A stretch of DNA of 63,369 nucleotides, counting the filler, from Sphacelaria rigidula (lineage: Eukaryota): the NCBI GenBank assembly GCA_964200075.2. It is 10 parts of 10 records of this genome, joined end to end, with 100 filler letters (N's around TTAATTAATTAA, not from the genome) between each part and the next. Parts side by side here need not be neighbours in the genome. Positions count along the whole stretch, not along the records: positions 38,083 to 44,329 come from CAXNAA020021254.1; positions 44,430 to 50,676 come from CAXNAA020021255.1; positions 50,777 to 57,023 come from CAXNAA020021256.1; 7 more parts are not named here. One strand, given 5' to 3'. Position 1 is the first letter of the stretch. Each line of letters starts with the position of its first letter. The position numbers and the translations under genes are program-made. The notes under the pieces are model-generated. The model worked only from the letters and a program-made list of their open reading frames with translations. It was not told where the DNA came from and did no database searches. Positions 38,228 to 50,849 of this stretch are shown piece after piece.

Positions 38228-40470
38228 CTGCAGGAGACGAGCTTCCCTGATGCCCGACATATAGGCGCCATGGACGCTCGCCGGGTATCGGCGGTTGGTA
38301 GCCTCTCCGGCGAAGCGAAGCGCGCGGCCCACCGGCTCCGATAGAATTTCCATCTCCGCTCCCGAAGAGCCCACACTGACAAAACTGTGCCGGAAGAAAA
38401 AGAAAAAAAAACATGATCGGTTTGTTTTTTGTTGAGGCGGGGACGGGATGGGGACGCGGTTGAGGCAACACGCGTCAACGTCCTTGCATAACGTCATTTC
38501 TGCACCAGAGTACTGTACCTGACCATCTCAATTCATGCTGCCGGTTTTATCTTGCACCTTTCTGTTTTCTTGATTTTTCTTCAGCGAGGGGTAGCGCTGC
38601 CACCCGTGTTTCGTCTCACACGAAAACATAGATAATCCAATAGTTCAGTGCACAAGGCATTGACATCTCTTCGCGTGCGCGCGCACACACACACCAAGAC
38701 ACGCAATTTTCTCGCACAAAACAATGCTGTGACTTCACAACCAAAGCCTCCCTCAGGAGACTATGATTCGAACCGTGGTTAGCCGTACTACTCCCGTACC
38801 TAACCCGTGTCATCCTGTACAAGAGTCAAGCCTTATCATCCTGTACAGGGATTATAATAACCCTCAGACCGCGAAAGTGATCCATCTGGATCACGCATCC
38901 TTTTTCCAAGTGAAGTTGATGTCGAGTCAACGGATTGCCTACTCTCGCTCTTCAAGGGTGAGACTAGGGTCAAAATAACCACAAAATCAACACATACGCG
39001 CGCACAGCGTGACACACACCTGTAGCTGCCGCGCGCCCAGGGGTCCGCGCCCCAACGCGAAGCCGCGGCGTGCACCGGACCCGGGACCTTTACCTCGGGG
39101 AAGAGTTTTCTGAGCACCGCCAGACAACGTCCCGCCGTCTCACCCGCCGTTTCCGCTTCTGCTCGGCGGGCCTTCACGATAACAAAAAATGAGAGAAAAA
39201 GGTGCGTGCAATAAAAAAGAAGTTACAAGAACAATAGTAGGTAACCGCACAAGTGGAGGAAATCCAGTGTATGAATTCAGTTCGGTTTTTTCTTGATTAT
39301 TTCATTCTCTATCAGGTTCCGTTTGTTCACCTCATTACTACCATGACCACGGCTGGATTCATATCGGATCACTGAACATGAAGACAGTCAGCTATCAATC
39401 GATCGATCGTATTCTTTCCATGATCACTTTCTTCATACAACAAAATTAAAAAATATAAATATATTTCGACAACTTTATAACAAGGCAAGTTCCAGCGTCC
39501 TCCGGCATCATCATTTTCGCATAAAATAAGGCTGGAGAAGGACATTTCCATCGCGGGATGAGGGGTTGTTATCTATCACACACCATGATCACCATCCCCA
39601 AGGTAGCAGGTACCACATAACGTCATACTGGATGCTAGACCACAGACCAACTCTATACCATTGCTTGGATTCCCCGTATTGTTCCATACGTGGAGGATGA
39701 ATTAAACTACCACGCATATGTGTCGAAATCCATCAAATACTGACACTGTCGGAAAAAAAAAACTCTGGTTCAATGTAGTAACGGCTTCCGGTTCAAAATA
39801 ATCATGACTCTCACGCACTACGGTAGAAGAACTGATTCGACTTGATGGACTGTCAGACACCAACTGGTGCCCCAGGGATCCAGCCGTGGTCACATCATGG
39901 ACGTACCCGAGATATATCACAACCCATCAAAGGTAAGCCCCGCAATAAAAGGCCTTCGAAGTGCCGTGAAAAAGTCGTGACTCCTCCGACAGTAAATTGT
40001 GCGATAATTGAACCTGTCACAACCGAGTGGTAACTCATGACCCACGGTATACTGGGAATCCATAGTGTACTTAATTACGATATTAGTACCGGCCCCAAGC
40101 GACAACGACAAAAAAAAACAATCGGCCAAGGGTGCACGAAAATTTAAAAAAAAACTACACTCAGGTACCCGAAGGTATTCTAAAAAGGAATTCAAAAGAT
40201 CAAGAAACAAAACATTTATTTTAAAAAAATCCTGAGCCACAGGTTTGTTCCTTCATATCAACCACCCTACAGACAACAGTAGGACATTAACGTATCGCTG
40301 TCATTGTTTGACGTGTACCCTTGGCGGTCGACAAAAAAAAGAGGTCGGCAACAACAACAACAACGCGGAACACACTTTGCATCACTGTCGTACCTGCTCC
40401 CCGGGAATGAGCGAGACCAGCACAGGCCTTCCACACATGTCCGTCAGATCCAGGAACAGGTAGAAGTCAC
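38228..40470 (-). CDS. LSD1/KDM1-like FAD-dependent amine oxidase, C-terminal catalytic exons (40470-40394, 39171-39020, 38384-38228); partial gene
   Basis: AG/GT boundaries splice in phase to GDFYLFLDLTDMCGRPVLVSLIPGEQ-ARRAE...LRKLF...[22 protein letters not shown]...LRFAGEATNRRYPASVHGAYMSGIREA, matching LSD1-type [12 protein letters not shown] and FAGEHT...YPATVHGA..SGLREA. Confidence 0.9.
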
Positions 40471-41551
40471 CTGAAAAAAGCGGCAAGAGAGCACAAGGGG
40501 CACCACGAAAGCAACACGACCACGCGCAAGAGAGGCGGTGGCGTTGGCAGCAAACAGAAGATACCGAAAGGGTCAGGATATCAACAGCAGGGTACCGTAC
40601 CCGATGGCCCGAGGGTACATCCGGGATTTCCAGCATATTTGGCAGTACCGAGGACCCCGGGTTGCTAACTACCGGTACCCGGGAGTCCCGGCCGCCGCAT
40701 ATACCAAGACTCAAGGGCACCTGGGGTGTTTTTGGTTGACTGATGATTGATTTGTCGCCTTTTAACTGACCCCGCAGGGATCCAGTCGTGGTCGCATGAT
40801 TAACGTATCTAAAAAAAGCAAAACTGGATCACTCGCTGAAGAAAAAAAGGAACAGAAAAATTGCCGAACAGAACGACATCGTAGACTGAGACGTGAAATA
40901 ATAGTCAACAATAATAATTATTATTACTATTATAAAATGAAGTCAACAAAAGTAAAGCACAGAAGGAGATGGCCGACCTAAAAAAAGGAAACATATGTGC
41001 TAATTATGAAGCACCTGGAATCCTGAGCCATGCCCATGCCTGCCCTGAAAATGGAGGTGGGCTCATTTACTGATTATAGTTCGCCTCCGAACCATCCACG
41101 GTTGATATATTTTAAGAATGAACACTAACCTTGAACCCAACACAAAAGGCAAACCGAGACCCTCGGGCAAAGGGGATGCAAAGGGTACTCTAGGCAAGAT
41201 GTGTGTGACAAAACCGCCTTCGGCACACTCCAGCAGCACTCGCGGCTGTCAGCCCTACGAAAGATCCGAATCTTTGTGTTTACACTGAAATCAAGTAATA
41301 TCAACCACGAAAAATGAATATGGAGATGAACTCGGTTAAACTCTACTGTAAATATTGAGACCTGCGGATTTTTTTCTCTGCCCTGTCTTTCGTCTGCTTC
41401 TCTTCTCTTTTTTTTTTCTTCTCTTTTCCAAGTCGACTCTATGTGTTCTACCTTTTCGGTTTCCTCCCCTTTTCTTCAGCGAATGTTTCAATTTGGTGTT
41501 GTTTCGTGTACGCCCATCATGTCATCACGGCTGGATCTCTGGGGGATCAGT

Positions 41552-41557
41552 GTGTGT

Positions 41558-41602
<45 letters not shown>

Positions 41603-41689
41603 GTCGTCCCATCTATGCTGGGCGCCGGGCTACACTTTTCGGTACCTGTGGGCGCACCAGCCGGGGTCACACAGGAGAAAGGTCAACAC
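41552..41689 (-). mobile_element. (CA)n-tailed short retroposon nested in an RTE-like 3' end, TSD ATCAGT
   Basis: ATCAGT at 41546-41551 and 41690-41695; related copy at about 56950-57023. Confidence 0.7.
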
Positions 41690-42440
41690 ATCAGTAAGTG
41701 CGACAATCGATCAAATCAATCAAATCAATCAGATCGATGTGATAGCCGGGTCACTGCCCGCTTCCATGACCTTGTTTTTTGTTCGGCCTCCTTACCTCAA
41801 GAGTCCAGGCAGGGGGGCCTGTCGGGGATTTCCTGTGGATCGGTATATAGTAAATACTTCTTGGCCTCGCATCTTATTTTTCCCCTCATTTGCTTCCCTT
41901 CTTCTATTTCACGTTTCTCTGTTTCTATTCCTCTACATCATTCCTCCGGTCTCCCCCGGCTGAGTTCGTCCCGGATTTATCCACGTGCGACAATCCAATC
42001 CGACCACACCCGCCGGTTCCAACCCTCGTACCGTACTTGTATACCCTCACGACCTTTTCCCAAGACACCGCCACCCTCAGGACAGTACACGACACAGAAC
42101 ACCCAACACTGAGGTAGGTATCCGACCATAATGCAGCGAACATCGTTTGCCTCAAGTCCGATCCGCTGAAAAATCCGTGCGTAACTTTCACTCTACCAGC
42201 GAAGTGCCGGGTTCCCCTAGAGTGCTGGCGCACGAAGCTCGCAACCCACCAGTGTGTGACAGCTTGGGGTGATGAACTTTCTGCTATTTTTGGTGACATT
42301 ATACCAGCATCTACAAACAGTATTGCACCAGGGTGCGTAGCATATCACCCCTCCCCCCCCCCCCCCCAAAAAAAAAACGTTTGCGTAGGGTATACCCGGA
42401 AGTGGGGGATTTTGGCTGACATTCGATAATAATAGCCGCC

Positions 42441-42511
42441 GCACCCCGGTGGTGTAATGGGTCCAACTGTCATCATTAGAGTGGAAAAAACGAGGGTTCG
42501 AATCCCGATGC
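42441..42511 (+). mobile_element. tRNA-derived SINE head or tRNA pseudogene
   Basis: A box ggtggtgtaatgg and B box ggttcgaatcc at tRNA-like spacing; no convincing anticodon arm. Confidence 0.6.
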
Positions 42512-42669
42512 GTTGGGTTTTTTATCCGAAGTATCTAATTTCCGTCGTCGAAAGCGTTAGTACGTGAGTAAACAAAAAAGTAGTTGACAGAGTTTGATTG
42601 ACAAAAGTTGACGGGGTGTGGGAATGTCGGTCATGACCCAATCGGCGAGGGCCAAAATGCAAGGCGTGT

Positions 42670-42750
42670 GTACCGGGGAGAGATGGGTTGATCCCCTGAG
42701 ACCACGGATTCGTCCCGAGGAAGGGGAGGGGTTCAAAGTGTGACAAACAA
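42670..42750 (+). repeat. Dispersed repeat, also at about 46803-46880
   Basis: ggggagagatgggt.gatccc.tgagaccacgga.tcgtcccgagga.ggggaggggttcaaagtg is nearly identical in two contigs. Confidence 0.8.
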
Positions 42751-43082
42751 ATAAAGTAATGGGAAAAAATAATACTCAACCGTACCTACCCTGAAAAAAC
42801 TGTTGGGTGATGACTTTTTGCGTCCCACAAGCTCACATATGGGGGGGGGGGGCATATGCACAGTCTTCCACGGTATTGCACCGTCTTTTTGGCCACGGGA
42901 CAGACAACACGGGACCGAGCTCAAAGTAGATACATACACAATCCCCTCGATAAAAACTCTAAGGGTATCTAGTGCAGGGTAAATACCCCGGTATTTACTC
43001 TCCCGAATCTGTTGTTGCAACGGTACGATATCTGGGTATTGTCGAGTATGATCTCATAACTCTACCAAGTTTTGCGTGCTTA

Positions 43083-43552
43083 GGCTACTTCTTATGTGTA
43101 TATAAAATAAAATAAATGAAAAGCGCATTTTTGACCCTTCACCATCGCTTTTCCCCCGAGAAGAGGGCTAGGCGAATGTTGACACCTTGCAATGACTTGC
43201 TCTACTCGCTGAGGCCATTCCAGAGCAACTTTGCGTTTTCCGTAGTCACGGTTTCGTTTTTGGCCAAACTCGCATTTTCAATAACAAACGGTCAAGTTAC
43301 CAGAAAGATGTCAGTTTTCCCCCTGTTTTTTTTATAACTTGACCGTTTGTTATTGAAAATGCAAGTTTGGCCGAGAACGAAACTGTGACTACGGAAAACG
43401 CAAAGGTGCTCTGGAATGGCCTCAGCGAGTAGAGCAAGTCATTCCGAGGTGTCAACATCCGCCTAGCCCTCTTTCCAAGAGTAAAACTATGGAGAAGAGC
43501 CAAAAATGCACTTTTCAACAAGTTTTTTTTTTTTTATACATAAGAAGTAGCC
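43083..43552. mobile_element. 470-bp foldback MITE, PIF/Harbinger (Tourist)-like, TTA TSD
   Basis: Arms of about 215 bp (ggctacttcttatg ... cataagaagtagcc) around a loop of about 35 bp; TTA at 43080-43082 and 43553-43555; GG...CC termini. Confidence 0.88.
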
Positions 43553-44537
43553 TTACGAGCTGGGCCAGCTTCAAAGCTGCTAAGACTTGCTCATACCACA
43601 GCTTCCCTCCCCAGTTTCCCGAATGAACCCGATGTAAGCAGATCACTGTGAAGTGTAGACCAATCTGGTGACACACGACACCGCCGCTGAATGAAAAAAA
43701 AAAATGTACTGCATAATGTATATCCTTAACGACGGACGAAAAAAAAAAAGAACATGTCGGAATTGGAACTCATGACCTCCAAAATTGGAGTCTCCCATCA
43801 CTTGATTTATAGAGGTGCAGCAGCGTCACGGAAAATGTTAAACGCACGGCCCAATTCGACAAGTCTTGAGCTGGGATTTCAGGAAGACCTTCTGCGCCCA
43901 AGGGACTGATACTTCACGAGTCCAGCTGCAGATTCTCCTCTTTTTCCTGGACTTATGGCATCATCTTGGTTTTGCTTAAATTTCAAATGCCCATAACTTT
44001 TTCTCATTTTTTTTATTCGCTGGACCCGTGATCTTCTGCATTTTGATCATGAAAAGCTGCTGTCAAAATTCAAGTGTCCAACTCCTGACATCGCGCCGTG
44101 CGTCGCCTGAGCGAGATTCACACCTACTCTTGGATGGCCCAGCTCGTGGTGTACGATTTTTTCAAAATACCGACATGTGGGCAATACCCTACCCAACACA
44201 CCCTTGAAAAACTGAACCTTAATCTCAGTACGGAGAGCAGGAGAGATAAGAAAAAAAAAAAAAACAGGAGACAGATGGTACGTTGAAGACGGTGACGGAC
44301 GGGCGGTCCAAGAAAGAAAAAAAAAAGGANNNNNNNNNNNNNNNNNNNNNNNNNNNNNNNNNNNNNNNNNNNNTTAATTAATTAANNNNNNNNNNNNNNN
44401 NNNNNNNNNNNNNNNNNNNNNNNNNNNNNAGGGATGCGAGGTCAATGGTTTTATGACTATGGCATGCATGATCATGAGTACACCTCTTCCCTTTTTTGCC
44501 TCCGTCAACGCCATATACGAAACCGTTCGGGGGGCAG

Positions 44538-47500
44538 GACCCTTGGCAAAACGCTCGCCGCCACCGCTACATTGGGAACGGGAAATTCGCTGGGACCGGA
44601 AGGGCCCGCTGTGGAGCTAGGGGTAGCGGCTTCGCGGTGTGTGTCATCCGTGTCAAACCTGAGTGTAGAGCGACAGAGGATGTTGCTGGGAGCCGGAGCG
44701 GCGGGCGGCGTGGCTGCTGGATTTAACGCGCCGATCGCGGGTATTTTCTTCGCCTTGGAGATTGTGAAGGTACAGTGCACAATCCTAGGACACGTGTAAG
44801 ATCTCAATACAGTCGAGAAGCCGTCCTTGGGGGGGAAGTGGCCGGCAAGCCGAAATCATCCGGCTCAGTCCGGGTAGTGCCGCCTGTGATGAAATCTTTC
44901 TCACGAAACCGTTGAAGCTGATCCAAGAACACTCATGTAGATCGTGATCCCGCCTTGGTTTACCTTGCCCCAGAACCCAGAACACGTCCGCAGAATGAGT
45001 GGATAAGCGACAGAGTAATACTCGGGCGTTGACTTACGATGCTGCACGCGCCAGGCGCCAACGCCTTGTGATGATGTAGATTGTTTGCTGTATTTTATTC
45101 TAGCATGCAGGAGGTTGTGCCATGTTGACATGCAAGTCAAGTGGTGCCGCGACTCTTTGACCGCAGGGCGGTTGGGTTCACTTGAGTCCATGCACTTATA
45201 ATGCTGGTGCATCACCATGTGTATTGATTGTTGAATACGGTTGCTCCTATAGATGACGATCCCGACCTCTTTGTGGTCGAAGGGTTGAAGGACTTGAGTA
45301 AATGCCGCAATAAAAAAAGTAGGCTCATTTGTGGAACCTACATGTTGTGTGCTCCCGTTGGAGGTTGATGTCACAGCATGCCAAGAAGATGAGGAGGCAC
45401 CTCTGCCACGGCAAACGCCGTTCCGATGATGACTTGGGGCGGATGGACCTGAGAGGGTCCGTCCTCCAAGCATCTTTCCGATCTTGCGACCCGAGATGGC
45501 AGCATGTCACGTCTTCAGTAAAAAGGATGATGTCCCGATGCCCTACGCACGTGCTAGAACAACTTGTTCCGATCGAACATCTTGCCCGAATATAACAAGA
45601 GTCAGTGTGCCATGCATTGGGCGGCTTCGGTATTGGGACAGCGACATCAACTATCCGCAGGCGAACTTGTAGACTGACCTTCGGCAGCGTGCGTAGTCAT
45701 ACCGTAGAGTAGCGACACCTGTGAAGCGCCGACATTCCGTCGTCGGAAAGACAATATGGCCACAGCAGGACTGCTGTGAGCATTGTTCCTCGGACGGACT
45801 CGGGTATCAACGGGGTGCCACATTGCCTACGACATGCTTTTGTGTGCTCTGCGGTGAAGGCTAAGGGTGCTGCCGAAGAATGTGGGTCTCCAGCTCCTCC
45901 TTTCTGACGGGTGTCGTCGTTGTCGCGATGCCAAAGGTGCCCCCTGGATGATGACTTCCTTGCTCTCGGGTTATTTGGGCAATAATTTCGACCAGACGAA
46001 ATGTGTCAGCATGCGCGCACGGCATGGCCATACGATTTTCTTTACAGATGATGCGTGTCGTCCCCGAGGGTCACATAATCAAACATATGCTAGAAGGACG
46101 GATTTTCTCAGGTTCGTCTGCCCCAAGCCATTGTCGAACCAGTCTTTGCCGCGACGCACGTGCTTCCGGATATGTTGTATATATGTTGCGACATCAATCT
46201 ACGATGCCCACATGCAGGCTGGTCCGCGGAAGAACCCAGCAATTTTCGCAATAGTCATCTCTCCCGACGTTGTCGAAAGCGATGATACGATATGGTGCGT
46301 GCGGGTTCATGACGAGGAGTCGTAGGTCGTCCGTTTTTGGTCAGGTGTCGGCCGAAGACCTAAAAAAACCGGCGAGTCCAGGAAAACGAAACTTACGTGA
46401 AACACTGGCGACCTCAAGCTTGGCCTTTAGGACCACGTGTGCAAAAACATATTTTTCTTGCGAAACGAGGTGAGGAAGTAAGCCAACGTAAAAACTGTTT
46501 CGAGAGCGCGCCGCTTATGTTGGCCGGGGACCGGTAAACCGAGCGGAATAAGAAAGACCCAGACACTGGCGAACTCCGGCTACTGTTGACCCAGAGCCTG
46601 TACGATTTTACTCGACGACGTTTGTTTGTGCTGAACGCCAGCACCCTCTCGAGAAGATTGCCTTGGTCACCATCCGTCACCACACCCATCCAGTCTAATG
46701 GCTGCCCAGTACCTGACCTTCCGGTGATATACATACCATAGCGAGATAAGCAGCAGCAGCAGCAGCTGAATGATGGCGTCATGACCGGGATACCGTGACG
46801 TTTCCGGGGAGAGATGGGTCGATCCCTTGAGACCACGGACTCGTCCCGAGGAGGGGAGGGGTTCAAAGTGCGACAAATGATGATGAAAAAAAGCTTGTCA
46901 CACTCATGTGTTATTTTTGCAGTAGGCCGCACAGCGCAGTACAGCATGGTACACCTGCACGTCAAAGCAGATGTTGGTGGACCGAGTACCGCAGTCATTT
47001 TGCACCAGGTCTTGCCGACAGAAAGAGCACTCCAGGGTTGTGAGCGGCACAGCAGACTACTGTACCGAGGGGCAGTGTCTTCCACTCCTGTAGGATGTAC
47101 AGGTGTATGCTACCGAGTATATCCGTGTGGTCGTCCCCGTGCCAATTGGCAGTGTGTTGACCAGGCCTCTTGGAGCGTAGTCAGGTGGCCCACTCTCGAC
47201 TCTTATGATCCGTGTACCATCGCCCTCCTTTCTCTCAAAAATCAATCCACGAAAGGTACGTCCGAAGAGGACGCCGATCCTCAGGGGTTCATCCATTTGG
47301 GCGCCAAATCTACTTTTGGAGCAGTATCACCGGTTGATGTTCACCGTCGGTAACTACGAAGCTAAAGCGGGGTAGCTCGTTTGTGTTCGCAAACACAGCC
47401 ACTATCAAGCACACACTGTATACATATATCGCCTATGGTCCCCAACCTTTGACTGGTGTACATTTTTCGACAAAAGTTGTTATTTTTCACGTGCTCCCAT

Positions 47501-50357
47501 TGGTCGAGCTATGGTGTGTAAATCTCAGGGGACTTGGTACCATTGGTGGTCAAAGGGAAGACGTTCAAAACATTTCTGTCCGTATGCCTACGGTCCTGGT
47601 CCTAGTTCTCTCTATGCCCCCCTTTTGTTAATGCAGGACACGTTTTCAACGAGCTTCAGCAGCAAGTCCTTCATCGCGGGTACGCTGCTGTGCGCCGTGG
47701 TGTCCGCCCTGATCGCCAAGATAGGCCTGCACGACGAGTTGTCCCTGCGGCCTGCGGCCTACAACCTGGAGTCTCCTCTCATAGAGCTGCCCCTGTATCT
47801 CGGGCTCGGTATCGTGGCCGGCCTCGTGGCCGTGATGTTCAAGTTTTTCTCCAGGAAGGTGCGTACACGTTCATCGCGTTGGTCGACATGTTCGCTCGTT
47901 GATACCCTCTCCTCTTATACAGCGTATTCGGTATGATTGATCGTTGCACATGAACCGATGTACCGCGAAATGCGGTCGTGATGACCGAGTAGACGTGGTC
48001 AAGGCAAACAAATGGAAACAGGCTTGCTGAAGGAAAATCAAAACAAGGGGACAAAATGAGAAAGAACAGAAGAGGGAAAACGAACAGTATGAAGGTGCTA
48101 GGCTAAGAACTAGCACCGGTGCCGAGAAGGTTCCGACAGGTCCTTGCCACGGCTTCAGGTAGGAGACCGTACGAAACGCAAGGCCATGTGGAGCAACAAA
48201 CACAGTTCCATCGCACCTGGGTTTGAACTTGAGGCGTCGGCTTTGGCAGACCCGCGCTCTGCCAATAGAACTTTACGAACTATTTGGGATGGCGGTCGTA
48301 TGTCATCGTGATGGGCCTGAGTGTTCCACGGAGATCGAACAGCGGTCGGCGAGGTTGTACGAAGCGGCAAGCATGGCACCATGATAATGCAACTGAGAAT
48401 ACGGAGGTAGTTCTATGCCACTGGCCGTGCTCTGTCATGAGTTGTGTGACTGTCGATCAGCCATGATCTGCCGGAGTTCGTCGACTGGGATATCTAGTTG
48501 AGTAAAAGCACTTGACTCTTGTAGAGATTCTGGAACAGCGGGTTCTCGAAGAGATTCTTGAAAGCGCGGACGGCTGGCTTGTCTCTGGTGCATGTCCCCC
48601 GTTTTGTTCCTTCCTCCAAAAGTCGGTGTATCCCCCGCCCCCGCTTCGCCGTTCCTCATGCAAGCATTCCCGTCTTCCCACTCGTGCTGTGTACCGTCCG
48701 GGATATTTTACTGTGCCGACACTGTCAGAGCGCGGACCTGTTTGCAGGCAATTTCACCGGCTTCAAGTGGATGAAAAGGGTACCCAAGTGGGCGAAGCCA
48801 ATCATGATGGCCGCCGTCACGGGGCTGGTAGGTGCGCGCTACCCGCAGGTGCTGTTCTTCGGCTACGAGACCTTGGATAACCTTCTAGCCAACACGGGTC
48901 AGTACAGCGTCCAAGGGCTCTGCCTCTTGTGCATCTCCAAAGTGAGTACAGTATTTGGAACCATCGTCGGTTGTTGGTGCAGAGTTATCTTTCCCCCCCT
49001 ATCCGATTTCGGGTGGGGGACCTGGACTTGCCAGAAAGAAGAAAAATATACCAGTAGTCGTGTGGAGGAGGAAGTAGATGCACAGAACTGCCCATGTGGC
49101 AAAGCAATAGAGAGCAGAAGTCATGAAGTGGAAGAATGTAAACGATAATACAAGGAGGAACGGGACGTGCTAGAGGGGGAATTGCGGGACGTGAACGAAG
49201 GAGGGATGATATCGTTTGATGCATGAGACAGTAGCGAGAAAACGATGGCTATACTAGGAGATAGATGGTGGACACAGACGGCGAAACAGGGCGGGGATAA
49301 GATATGTAAAAGTTTTTTGTGCAATGTATGGAAGAGACGTAATGGACACCGAAATGTTGGAGCTGTCTCTGATAGGAGTAGTAGGAGCGGTGCTCCGTCT
49401 GGAAAGCGATGCGTGGTCAATGGTCAAACGACTAAGGCAAGCAACAAATGAGTACGCCCCCGCCCCCCCCCCCGTGTCTGATAGTGAAGTCCAAGTGGGA
49501 TTGATCCCCGATAAAACAAAAGTGGGCGAGCCCCACATACTGCCTCCAACACATGAGTTCGTGCATTCCATGGATGGTGGTCGATCTCGGAACAACCGAA
49601 GCTTTTGCTGGCGGAGATTTAGAGTGCAGACCCTCCAACTGTTGTCCATATTTTTCGAGAGTGTTTTGGTTGTCGCTACTCGTAGCTCAGAGGAATCGAG
49701 CGTCGCTACCCCCGGAATATGCGAGGCCGTGAACGTGAAGCTCGTCTTCGATTTTGTGTCGGAGAGCTATGTTTTCGTACTCACATGCACGTCCCGGGCA
49801 CAACAAAAGCCTCCTACTTTACTCCCTGTGCCTTCCAAGTTTTGAACCCCCACGTTTCAACTGCAGGTGTTGTTTATTGTCAACTGCCCCGGTATCGACA
49901 GTCGTTGACATCCTCAATATACACTACCGCAACGCGTATGCCAAGAATGTACGATATCTTCGTGCTTGAGCTACTCGTATCTCAACTCTGCTCCGTCGCC
50001 ATCGTCCGGATTTTGTCTTTTCACGTCAAATAATGGTCAAACAATGGTGATCACCTGGGCATATAATACGCCAACACGTGCGCAAAATTGTTCGAAAATT
50101 CCATGATTGTGTCACTGCTCGCATCTCAACTATTGTTACAAACACTGCGTTGGATGTTTCCAACGTTTGAAACCCCCCCCCCCCCCCGCGCGCGTCGAAC
50201 GTTGTTGTTTTCTCCATGTCATCCCTGCCGTGCGTCCATAATTTGACAGTCTTTGCTGACCGCGGGTGCTTTAGGCTCCGGACTGGTTGGCGGAACGTTC
50301 GCCCCTTCCCTGTTTTTGGGTGCCACCGCTGGTGCGGCCTACCAGCGAATCCTCATG
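44538..50357 (+). CDS. CLC family chloride channel/transporter, CLC-e/CLC-f (prokaryote-like) type; exons 44538-44769, 47637-47858, 48729-48941, 50250-50357; partial gene
   Basis: In-phase GT-AG exons encode GNSLGPEGP, GAAGGVAAGFNAPIAGIFFALE, ELPLYLGLG, PQVLFFGYETLD and GSGLVGGTFAPSLFLGA, all CLC signature motifs. Confidence 0.95.
49040..49473 (-). mobile_element. Long family-B LTR-like copy in a CLC intron
   Basis: Starts with a G-run plus cgtactcatttg...gaccattgaccacgcatcgctttccagacggagcac; the distal boundary is approximate. Confidence 0.55.
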
Positions 50358-50601
50358 GTGCGGGATTTTGATGTCCGAAGCGTGTTGTTGAAACACCTAG
50401 TTGGAGAATACGTCCTTTAAAGCTAGGGCCGAAAACGATCCCTCGTGCTTTTTTCTGAGTCCCAATGACGCACGTTTCGAGATGTGAAGTGGGGTCGCAA
50501 AGAGTGTGGCTTGAGATCCCAACGCACTTTAGTTCAACACTTGGGCAACAACAAACATGAATTTTGTTTCGCCCTCTTTGTAGTCGTGCTGTTCTGTGTT
50601 C

Positions 50602-50637
<36 letters not shown>

Positions 50638-50776
50638 TAGTACTTTTTTTTTATTTTTTTTTTTTTTCTCTTTTTTNNNNNNNNNNNNNNNNNNNNNNNN
50701 NNNNNNNNNNNNNNNNNNNNTTAATTAATTAANNNNNNNNNNNNNNNNNNNNNNNNNNNNNNNNNNNNNNNNNNNN

Positions 50777-50849
50777 TCCCAGAATCGAACCCCCCTACCC
50801 AACCATCAGAAGGTTACGAGGTTACCAACTGAGCCACCGGGGCGACCGG
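50777..50849 (-). mobile_element. tRNA-derived SINE head
   Basis: Minus strand reads ccggtcgccccggtggctcagttggtaacc...ggttcgattc (A and B boxes); cut by contig start. Confidence 0.7.

Noticed and set aside
41740..41830. HDV-like ribozyme at a putative LINE 5' end
   Set aside because: Could not form P3/P1 pairing around the gcctcc motif by eye; unsupported without a covariance search.
42441..42511. Functional tRNA genes (also 50777-50849)
   Set aside because: A and B boxes are present but the cloverleaf and anticodon arms are not intact; better explained as SINE heads.
38228..50357. Divergent or interleaved LSD1-like and CLC genes as a gene pair
   Set aside because: They lie on different contigs joined by a linker, and both are partial.
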